The position numbers were made by a program, and so were the translations under genes. A model generated the notes under the pieces. The model saw nothing but the letters and a program-made list of their open reading frames with translations, made no database searches and was not told where the DNA came from. 64,000 bases of DNA from a bacterium (GTDB lineage: Bacteria > Bacteroidota > Ignavibacteria > Kapaibacteriales > UBA2268), in contig JANJTB010000039.1 of NCBI GenBank assembly GCA_024711295.1, forward strand, positions 8,319 through 72,318, in the 5' to 3' direction. Within the stretch, counting starts at the first letter, position 1. Each line of letters starts with the position of its first letter. Positions 50,480 through 57,392 of this stretch are shown here, piece after piece.

Positions 50480-51172
50480 ATGGCAAAGAAAGTTACAAAA
50501 AAGGAATCAGACGAAGCAGAAGTAAAAGCTACTGCAAAGAAAACCGGTGATAAAAAGGAAGTAAAACCTAAATCTTCACCAGTTAAAGATAATGTTAAAG
50601 TTATGGAAAAGTCCGCTGATTCTTTAGAGTCCACAGCTAAGAAAAGCTCTGGTACTAAGAAAAAAGCTGAAACTACCGTTAATGAAGTTATATCTGCACC
50701 TGACGTTAAAAAAGTAGAGAAACCTGCAGAATCTGTTGCCGCTCCATCAGGTGCTCCTATCAGATATTCTGATGAAGATTTGGATATGTTTGCAGGCGTC
50801 ATAAACGAAGCTAAAACCGAAGCACTCGAAGAATTAAGAATGCTAAAAGAAAGACTCGAGGATTTGACCAGCTTTGATGCAGGCGAAGAGTCTATGATTT
50901 ATTCTATGCACATGGCAGAGCAAGGTTCTGAAGCACAAGAGAAAGAAAAAACCTATGCTCAGATTCAACGTATCAGCGAGCATATCAAAAAACTTGATGA
51001 TGCTATGGATAGAATTCGAAACAAAACTTATGGTATTTGTAGGGTTTGCGGCTGTTTGATTGCAAAAGAAAGATTATTAGCAGTTCCAATCACTACATTA
51101 TCTGCTGCTTACAAGATACATTCAAAATGTCCTGATGACGGAATTGATAAAATTGAGCCTGTAAAAATATAA
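50480..51172 (+). CDS. DksA/TraR-family C4 zinc-finger protein with a long Lys/Ala-rich (histone-H1-like) N-terminal extension
   Basis: C-terminal ...RIRNKTYGICRVCGCLIAKERLLAVPITTLSAAYKIHSKC (Cys cluster plus the coiled-coil region typical of the DksA/TraR family). N-terminal ~100 aa of KKxxK/A/E low-complexity. AGCGGAG Shine-Dalgarno upstream. Confidence 0.65.
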   Translation: MAKKVTKKESDEAEVKATAKKTGDKKEVKPKSSPVKDNVKVMEKSADSLESTAKKSSGTKKKAETTVNEVISAPDVKKVEKPAESVAAPSGAPIRYSDEDLDMFAGVINEAKTEALEELRMLKERLEDLTSFDAGEESMIYSMHMAEQGSEAQEKEKTYAQIQRISEHIKKLDDAMDRIRNKTYGICRVCGCLIAKERLLAVPITTLSAAYKIHSKCPDDGIDKIEPVKI

Positions 51173-51245
51173 TTTTTTTGCTATTTCAATTTTTTTTCAT
51201 ATTTTTGTAGTTCGTAAAATTAGTAATTAATAAATTTGGTGCAAC

Positions 51246-51419
51246 ATGGCAAAAGCACAAACCTTTGGTGATAAGCTTAAGAAGAAAAAAGAAGAAATTA
51301 AACCAGTTGTTAAGGTTATTAAAGGGTTTAAGGGTAATGACGGCTCTGTGAAATTTGTAGAGCAGTTCATGAAATTAGACGACCTAAATCAAGTTGACAA
51401 AATAGATATTAATAGGTAA
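51246..51419 (+). CDS. Small (57 aa) Lys-rich conserved-looking ORF, possibly the DUF4295-type small protein found next to ribosomal-protein genes in Bacteroidota
   Basis: ATG...TAA frame read by hand: MAKAQTFGDKLKKKKEEIKPVVKVIKGFKGNDGSVKFVEQFMKLDDLNQVDKIDINR. Below the 60-aa cutoff of the ORF track. 6 nt upstream of rpmE. Preceded by a TAnnTTTG-like element (tatttttg, 51211-51218). Confidence 0.4.
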   Translation: MAKAQTFGDKLKKKKEEIKPVVKVIKGFKGNDGSVKFVEQFMKLDDLNQVDKIDINR

Positions 51420-51425
51420 AATAAA

Positions 51426-51668
51426 ATGAAAAAAGGTATTCATCCATATTATCACACTGTTGATGTTGTAATGACTGATGGTACAACATTCAAGACTCGT
51501 TCTTGCTACAAAAGTGAAAAAATGGTGCTTGAAATTGACTCCAAATCACATCCTTTCTTTACCGGCAAGCAAGTACTTGTTGATACTGCAGGTAGAGTTG
51601 ACAGATTTAATAAGAGATTTGCAAAAGCTCAGGAAATGATGGATTCAAGAAAAAAGGAGAGTAAATAA
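51426..51668 (+). CDS. rpmE: 50S ribosomal protein L31, Cys-less (type-B-like, zinc-independent form)
   Basis: [12 protein letters not shown]...HPFFTGKQ...[14 protein letters not shown] matches L31. Only one Cys is present and no CxxC pairs, so the Zn-ribbon is absent. Confidence 0.9.
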   Translation: MKKGIHPYYHTVDVVMTDGTTFKTRSCYKSEKMVLEIDSKSHPFFTGKQVLVDTAGRVDRFNKRFAKAQEMMDSRKKESK

Positions 51669-51937
51669 TGAACAACGCTATTCACCCAATGCAAACCGGA
51701 AATACTTTCAAACCTAATAAGAAAACCGGTAAGAAAAAGCAAAATCCTCTTAAAAAACAGCGTTTTGTTGATTACTTAGATGCTAAATATTTGGGTAGGT
51801 TTACTAATGACCAAGGTAAAATTCTTCCAAGAAGAATTACTGGTGTTACTGCTTATCAGCAAAGACTAATATCTAGAGCTGTTAAATATGCAAGACATCT
51901 TGCATTAATGCCATTTGTTGCTCAAGATATAAACTAA
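51668..51937 (+). CDS. rpsR: 30S ribosomal protein S18-like (no Cys, divergent basic N-terminus). Its stop/start overlaps rpmE.
   Basis: C-terminal GKILPRRITGVTAYQQRLISRAVKYARHLALMPF matches the conserved S18 core (…P.RITG…QR.L..AIKRAR.L.LLPY). AAGGAG Shine-Dalgarno upstream. Confidence 0.7.
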   Translation: MNNAIHPMQTGNTFKPNKKTGKKKQNPLKKQRFVDYLDAKYLGRFTNDQGKILPRRITGVTAYQQRLISRAVKYARHLALMPFVAQDIN

Positions 51938-51960
51938 AAGTAAACACAAATTTTATATAA

Positions 51961-51998
51961 AAGGATTGATAAATGTCAATCCTTTTTTTTTATTTTGG
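51961..51998. terminator. Rho-independent terminator between convergent rpsR (+) and the histidine kinase gene (-)
   Basis: aaggattga / tcaatcctt perfect 9-bp stem, 6-nt loop, followed by a T9 run. AT-rich on the other side, so it could serve both directions. Confidence 0.6.
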
Positions 51999-53171
51999 TA
52001 CAGTAATGTAAAAAGTAGTACCTTCTCCTTGTTTACTTGTAGCATAAATTTCGCCTTTCATTTTGTCAATAAATTCCTTGCATAAGATTAGGCCAAGCCC
52101 GGTTCCCATTTCTTTGTCTGTACCTTCAGTTGAAATATTTTGGTCTATCCTGAATAAATTTAACAATTGAAATTCACTCATACCTACACCATTGTCAGCT
52201 ACTCGGATCATGATTTTGTCGCCGACAATATCATCTGAAATTGTAATCAATCCACCAAAGTTTGTAAATTTAATAGCGTTTGAAATTAAGTTTCTGATTA
52301 CTGTGGTAAGCAAGTTTACATCTGCATTCACAAAAACGTTGCTGTTTACCTTATTTTCAATTTGTATGGACTTTTTATCTGCATTAATTTGCTTTGATCT
52401 GATTACTTCGCTAATAAATGGTTTGATATCAATCCTTGTAATGTTCACTTTTATAGCACCTCTTTGTGAGCGTGACCAATCAAGTAGATTTCTTAATAAA
52501 TTATAGGAATTCTCGGAATAAGCCAAGATTCTTTTAATCCAGGAAAGACGCTCATCTTCAGTAAAATCCTCATAACTATCAGCCATTAGGCTAAGTATTT
52601 CTTTAAAACTGCCGATTGGATTTATTAAGTCATGTGCTATGATTGAGAAAAATTTATCTTTTGTAGCATTTGATAACTGTAATTGCTTCTGTGATTCTAA
52701 CAAAGATGCTTCAGATATTTTAAGAGCATTTTTCTCTTGAATTAGTTGCCGTGTCAAATTACTATTTTCAATATTTAGATTTCTTATTATTCTATTTTGT
52801 TCTACTAATTCACTTATGTCAAGTTCGCCCAATAACAAAACACTATCATTTTTCCGAAATAATTTTCCCATTATCGAAATATTATCAATAGAATGAATTG
52901 AGCCCATAGTAATGATACCTTCAAAAAAGTTTCCATTATGCTCATCTGAGAGAATATATTTCAAACTTGGATTAATAAAGAAGTCTTTAAGGTGATCATC
53001 CTTCAAATAACTTAAGGATTGATTTGTATAAAGGAGTTCACCTTTGTTTGAAATGCAAGCTACAAAAATGGCATTACCATTTTCTATATATGGCAAGATT
53101 TCATCTTTCCAATTTTTTATGATATCATCAATTTTTAGCATTTTTTTATCAATGTAAAGAGTTTGGGGCAC
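51990..53171 (-). CDS. Soluble sensor histidine kinase (PAS-like N-terminal region, coiled coil, HisKA + HATPase_c). No TM segments and no cognate response regulator nearby.
   Basis: H-box FFSIIAHDLINPIGSF. ATPase motifs NLISNAIKFT, DNGVGMS, GTGLGL. Its start overlaps the upstream small ORF by 23 nt. Confidence 0.8.
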   Translation of the reverse strand: MPQTLYIDKKMLKIDDIIKNWKDEILPYIENGNAIFVACISNKGELLYTNQSLSYLKDDHLKDFFINPSLKYILSDEHNGNFFEGIITMGSIHSIDNISIMGKLFRKNDSVLLLGELDISELVEQNRIIRNLNIENSNLTRQLIQEKNALKISEASLLESQKQLQLSNATKDKFFSIIAHDLINPIGSFKEILSLMADSYEDFTEDERLSWIKRILAYSENSYNLLRNLLDWSRSQRGAIKVNITRIDIKPFISEVIRSKQINADKKSIQIENKVNSNVFVNADVNLLTTVIRNLISNAIKFTNFGGLITISDDIVGDKIMIRVADNGVGMSEFQLLNLFRIDQNISTEGTDKEMGTGLGLILCKEFIDKMKGEIYATSKQGEGTTFYITVPK

Positions 53172-53610
53172 TAATTTCAGTATCTGACAATTTTACAAAT
53201 GTTGGTATATTAACTTGAATCCACTCATAAAAAGGATAAATTTCCAAATATGCTTTTTCAGATAATTGATTCTTGAGAATAGACATCCATGAATTCATTT
53301 GTACTGCCCAGTAGTTCGAAGTAAATCCATGATTCCGGTAGGCTCTGAATACCCATGCCACAGTATCAACAAACACTTCAGGAATATAATATCTGAATAG
53401 TGAGCTCATAAATCTAATATGATTGGCATGGTTATCTTTCATCATCGAAACATTATCATCACCAACGATTTTAGAAATTTCATCTCTTTTTAACATACCA
53501 TTGTTTATTTCAGCCAACAAAATTTCAAAATTGGAATGATACTCTAAGTACGAAGTTTGTGAGGGTGATTTAATTTTTGAAGCTGTTTCTATTAAATAAT
53601 CTCTATTCAA
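53149..53610 (-). CDS. Hypothetical 153-aa aromatic-rich (Trp/Tyr/Phe/His) helical protein, translationally coupled between the B12-binding protein and histidine kinase genes
   Basis: The ORF is flush with the B12-binding gene (2-nt gap) and overlaps the kinase start. No recognisable family motif. Confidence 0.5.
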   Translation of the reverse strand: MNRDYLIETASKIKSPSQTSYLEYHSNFEILLAEINNGMLKRDEISKIVGDDNVSMMKDNHANHIRFMSSLFRYYIPEVFVDTVAWVFRAYRNHGFTSNYWAVQMNSWMSILKNQLSEKAYLEIYPFYEWIQVNIPTFVKLSDTEISAPNSLH

Positions 53611-53612
53611 GT

Positions 53613-54260
53613 CTAAGACTCCTTTTTAATAAATTCTTCTATTTCAAATAGATTGTTTAGATACGCAACATTTTTGTGTCGCATTAACAATTCAAATCCA
53701 CCCCTGGTAAACGCTTGTCCTCCAACCATTATTTGAAGGTTAGGTATCTCACTGTTTATCTTTTCAATCATGTTATCTAATGTTGGAATATTGAAAAATA
53801 TCGTTACTGAGAGTGCAAGCAAATCAGGTTTAGAGAGTTTGACGATATTTATTATATCTCGTGTAGGGGTGTTTGCACCAAGAATCATTGAATCCCAACC
53901 ATTTCGTTCAAAGACATCTGCAACCATTTTTAACCCAATCTGATGCTGTTCGTTTTCTACACATGCAAGGATAATCTTCTTACCAATACGAGAAGTTGTA
54001 TTAATTTCAAGAAATACTTTGTTAATTACTGATTCAGTAATCATAGAGGCCAAATGCTCTGTTGCAACGCTAATCTTGTTTTGCTCCCACAATAGTCCAA
54101 TTTGGTAAAGTGACTTCTTCATCACTTCTTCATATAATATAAACGGGTCAAGTTTAGCGTCAAGATAGGATTGCACGATATCCTTGCATTCAGCCCAATT
54201 GCCTGATAGCAATGCTTTCAAATATTTTTCGTAATAACTTGATATTTCTTCTTTATTCAA
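53613..54260 (-). CDS. Stand-alone cobalamin-binding protein (B12-binding_2 helical bundle + Rossmann-like B12-binding domain), with AerR/CarH-light-sensor-like architecture and no DNA-binding domain
   Basis: N-terminal four-helix-bundle-like region (...LYEEVMKKSLYQIGLLWEQNKISVATEHLAS...). C-terminal KIILACVENEQHQIGLKMVADVFERNGWD, containing an E-x-H-x-x-G variant of the DxHxxG lower-axial-ligand motif, then MVGGQAF... Gly-rich segment. Confidence 0.7.
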   Translation of the reverse strand: MNKEEISSYYEKYLKALLSGNWAECKDIVQSYLDAKLDPFILYEEVMKKSLYQIGLLWEQNKISVATEHLASMITESVINKVFLEINTTSRIGKKIILACVENEQHQIGLKMVADVFERNGWDSMILGANTPTRDIINIVKLSKPDLLALSVTIFFNIPTLDNMIEKINSEIPNLQIMVGGQAFTRGGFELLMRHKNVAYLNNLFEIEEFIKKES

Positions 54261-54423
54261 TTTCTTGTATAATTATATGTAAAAAATATTAAACAAAATT
54301 AAAGAAGAAAATTGTCAATACCAAATATTATTGCATTATAAATTCAGGTATATCTTTTTTCATGTATCATTTTGACAAATTTATCGTCTTTAGGATAGAA
54401 TTTATCGTATTAATGAGGTTTTT

Positions 54424-55215
54424 GTGTTTAAGTACAAATATATATTAGTTATCAGCATAGTAATATTAACTTTTTTTTCGAATGGGTTATACTCTCAAAC
54501 AAAAGTATTTTTCCCTGGCGAGGTTATTGAGTATGAAGTTTCGTTTATGGGTATCAAACTTGGAAATATAACTATTACATCTGAAAATGTTATTGATTTC
54601 AAAGGTAAAAAGGTTGCAAAAGCCAAAGCTGAAATGAAGTCTAATCCTGGCATACCATTTGTAAGTCTTCACGCATTTTTTGACAGTTGGATGGACACCA
54701 GACTTACTCACTCATACGAATTTGTAGGATCAACAAAAGGTGATGAAAATATATGGGAAAAAGAGACATTCTATATGGATTACGATAACAAAATGATTAC
54801 ATATGAAAAGAAAGTATCGAACGTTGTTCAGGAAACTAAGCCAATTCCATTTGATAAGAAAGTTGTTGATGGATGCGCTTTGTTCTTTTTGGCCCGACAG
54901 TTTACTGATTTGAAGAAAACAATTAAAGTACCTACTGTTATAGCAACCGGTTTGTCGTACACCAATTTAAACTTTCATGGTACAAAGTCAGAAGTAAAAA
55001 TCCCTTCTGTTAAATACCCCGTTAAAACTTTGTACTTTGACGGTAAAGCTGAATGGGAAGGTGTTTACGGATTAAAGGGATATTTCAAAGGCTGGTTTTC
55101 TGATGATGAAGCAAGAGTTCCGATCAAAGCTCAAATGAATGTATATGTCGGTAACGTTGATATTGAGTTGGTAAAATGGAAAAGGGGTTCATGGCAGCCT
55201 CCTAAGGCAAATTAA
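54424..55215 (+). CDS. Exported DUF3108-like protein
   Basis: Signal peptide. Early FPGEVIEYEVSFMGIKLGNITITSE segment resembles the DUF3108 N-terminal signature. No catalytic motifs. Its stop overlaps the crcB start (ATTAATG). Confidence 0.45.
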   Translation: MFKYKYILVISIVILTFFSNGLYSQTKVFFPGEVIEYEVSFMGIKLGNITITSENVIDFKGKKVAKAKAEMKSNPGIPFVSLHAFFDSWMDTRLTHSYEFVGSTKGDENIWEKETFYMDYDNKMITYEKKVSNVVQETKPIPFDKKVVDGCALFFLARQFTDLKKTIKVPTVIATGLSYTNLNFHGTKSEVKIPSVKYPVKTLYFDGKAEWEGVYGLKGYFKGWFSDDEARVPIKAQMNVYVGNVDIELVKWKRGSWQPPKAN

Positions 55216-55610
55216 TGTTAAAAAATGAAATACTAAATATTATAATTGTTGGTACAGGCGGCTTTGTTGGTTCGGCTTTAAGATATATTACAGCAAAAGT
55301 TTTTCAACATATTAATTTAGTATTTTTACCGTACTCAACATTTACAGTCAATATTGCTGGAAGTTTGATATTGGGATTTATCAGCTTTCTGATATTAGAA
55401 TCAAGTTTTTTAAGTCCCAGATTTGGATTATTTCTTACTGTTGGTTTTTGTGGTGGTTTTACAACATTTTCTACATTCTCTTACGAAAACATGACTTTAA
55501 TACGTGATGGACTTTACTTTCACAGTTTGATTTATTCTTTGCTAAGTATTCTGGTTAGTCTGGCATTTGTATTTTTGGGTTATTATTTAGCAAAAATCAT
55601 AATGAGGTAA
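55215..55610 (+). CDS. crcB: Fluoride ion channel CrcB/FluC
   Basis: IVGTGGFVGSALRY N-terminal motif and the ...GFCGGFTTFSTFS... motif, both signatures of the CrcB family. Four TM segments in 131 aa. Confidence 0.85.
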   Translation: MLKNEILNIIIVGTGGFVGSALRYITAKVFQHINLVFLPYSTFTVNIAGSLILGFISFLILESSFLSPRFGLFLTVGFCGGFTTFSTFSYENMTLIRDGLYFHSLIYSLLSILVSLAFVFLGYYLAKIIMR

Positions 55611-55615
55611 ATAAT

Positions 55616-55969
55616 ATGAGTTCGATAATTGAAGCAAAGCTCTTGAGAGTTTACATCGAGGAATTAGATAAAATTCACGGTAAACCTCTCTATGAGCAAA
55701 TAGTAATGGAGGCAAAAAATAGAAATCTTGCAGGTGCCTCTGTTTTCAAGGGAATTTTATCCTATGGTTCTGCCAGTTTGATTCATTCTCAAAAAATGTT
55801 GGCTTTGTCAAGCGACATGCCAATATTGATTGAGATTATTGATGAAGTTTCAAAAATAAATGATTTTATTCCTATCCTGAATCAAATGTTCGAAAAAGCT
55901 GAGTGCGGCGGTATTATCACTCTCGAGAATCTTGAAGTGATTAAATATACTGCCGGTTCAAAAAGATAG
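55616..55969 (+). CDS. DUF190-family (PII-like fold) protein commonly encoded next to crcB
   Basis: ~117 aa, KLLRVYIEE...HGKPLYE...AGASVFKGILSYG pattern. 5-nt gap after crcB. Confidence 0.65.
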   Translation: MSSIIEAKLLRVYIEELDKIHGKPLYEQIVMEAKNRNLAGASVFKGILSYGSASLIHSQKMLALSSDMPILIEIIDEVSKINDFIPILNQMFEKAECGGIITLENLEVIKYTAGSKR

Positions 55970-56108
55970 GGAACATAAAATATCGCTATGTTGAAAACTT
56001 CTTTTAGAATAATTGCCCGGAAAAGTATTATTTTTGTAGGGCATCTGTAACTATTTTGCTTTTTATTTGTCTATATATTAAGTATTTACAGCATAAAGTG
56101 TATTAATT

Positions 56109-57089
56109 GTGATTACAAAGAGTAAATATATTATAACAATTATAATAGCAGTAATGATGGTAACTTCATCATCTGATATCTCTTTGTCATCCGATGACTC
56201 AGAAATTCCTAAGAATAAAATTGACTTTTTCAAACCGGTAATTGACAGACTGATATCATTAAATGCTGATACTTCGTATATTTACGATTTAATAAATGAT
56301 AATGACACAGAGTTTGACGAGCGTTTTGTGAGAATAAATGTAACCGGTTATCTCAAAGCAACTGATTATTCAGGCCACTACAATGCCAAGTCAGTCAATA
56401 AAACTAAAGAATTCATAAGAAATAACTATGGAATCCTTGCATTGGCTGAATCAAAATTTGGTGTACCTAAAGAAGTAATTGCTTCTGTACTTTGGGTGGA
56501 AACCAGGCATGGCAGTTATTTAGGTAATAATCATGTGGCAAGTGTATATTTAAGTACAGCTATGTGCAACGAACCGGTTTACTTAAATATGAACATACAA
56601 AATCTGAAAGATAAATTTAATGGTTCTGAAAATGAATTAAACAATTTAATCGAGAAAATTAAACAGCGCTCAATCAAAAAATCTAATTGGGCTTTGGAAC
56701 AACTATTAGCTTTAGAAAAAATTGATAAGTTACCTTATCTTAGTTCAAATGAAATCAGAGGTTCGTGGGCAGGTGCTTTCGGTATTTCTCAGTTCATTCC
56801 TACAAGTTATGTTACCTGGGCTGTAGATGGTAATGGTGATGGTAAAATTGATTTATTTAATGTAACAGATGCTGTTTTTTCAGTTGCTAATTATCTTAAA
56901 TCAAATGGGTGGGATTTAAATGATGAGTCCAGAAGAGCTGCCGTCTTTCATTACAACAACTCTAATGCCTATGTTGATGCTGTACTGAAATTAGCTGAAT
57001 TTTCGCAAATTACCAACGATTCTTTAGATAATCAATATCTTCCCCTTAATGTAATCCAAGCCCAAAGCGGCAGTGACGAGTCAAAATAA
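56109..57089 (+). CDS. Lytic murein transglycosylase (MltB/SLT-domain-2 family), GTG start
   Basis: ESKFGVPKEVIASVLWVETRHG (catalytic Glu region), GSWAGAFGISQFIPTSY and AVDGNGDGKIDL (EF-hand-like Ca loop) typical of MltB-type enzymes. Confidence 0.8.
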   Translation: MITKSKYIITIIIAVMMVTSSSDISLSSDDSEIPKNKIDFFKPVIDRLISLNADTSYIYDLINDNDTEFDERFVRINVTGYLKATDYSGHYNAKSVNKTKEFIRNNYGILALAESKFGVPKEVIASVLWVETRHGSYLGNNHVASVYLSTAMCNEPVYLNMNIQNLKDKFNGSENELNNLIEKIKQRSIKKSNWALEQLLALEKIDKLPYLSSNEIRGSWAGAFGISQFIPTSYVTWAVDGNGDGKIDLFNVTDAVFSVANYLKSNGWDLNDESRRAAVFHYNNSNAYVDAVLKLAEFSQITNDSLDNQYLPLNVIQAQSGSDESK

Positions 57090-57330
57090 TTCAATGTATT
57101 TTTTATTAATTAGTCGCCTTGTACTTCATTAATATAAAATCAATTCCTTAGATTATATTAATAATTAAAATTAAGTTTTGTTCTAATTTATTATCTAATT
57201 CATCAAATAATTGAAAAACTTGATGATGTTATTAACAAGATTTGATTAATTTTGATATACCCCTTCTTAGATATAAACTGCTTTTACTTGCATTTCTTAT
57301 ATTATGATTAGATACTTTTATTATAGATTA

Positions 57331-57367
57331 AATAAAAAACTCCTCTGAAGAATTATTACAGAGGAGT
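57331..57367 (-). terminator. Rho-independent terminator for the minus-strand T9SS cargo gene ending at 57393
   Basis: actcctctg / cagaggagt 9-bp stem with an 11-nt loop. On the minus strand it is followed by a U-run (plus-strand aataaaaaa). Confidence 0.5.
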
Positions 57368-57392
57368 CTGTTCTATTTAGTCAACGGAAATA

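Noticed and set aside
54261-54423. Expected fluoride riboswitch upstream of the crcB operon
   Set aside because: No GGCGATGG-like core or GC-rich pseudoknot was seen by eye. The region is almost entirely A/T. Kept as a finding to test with cmsearch rather than annotated.
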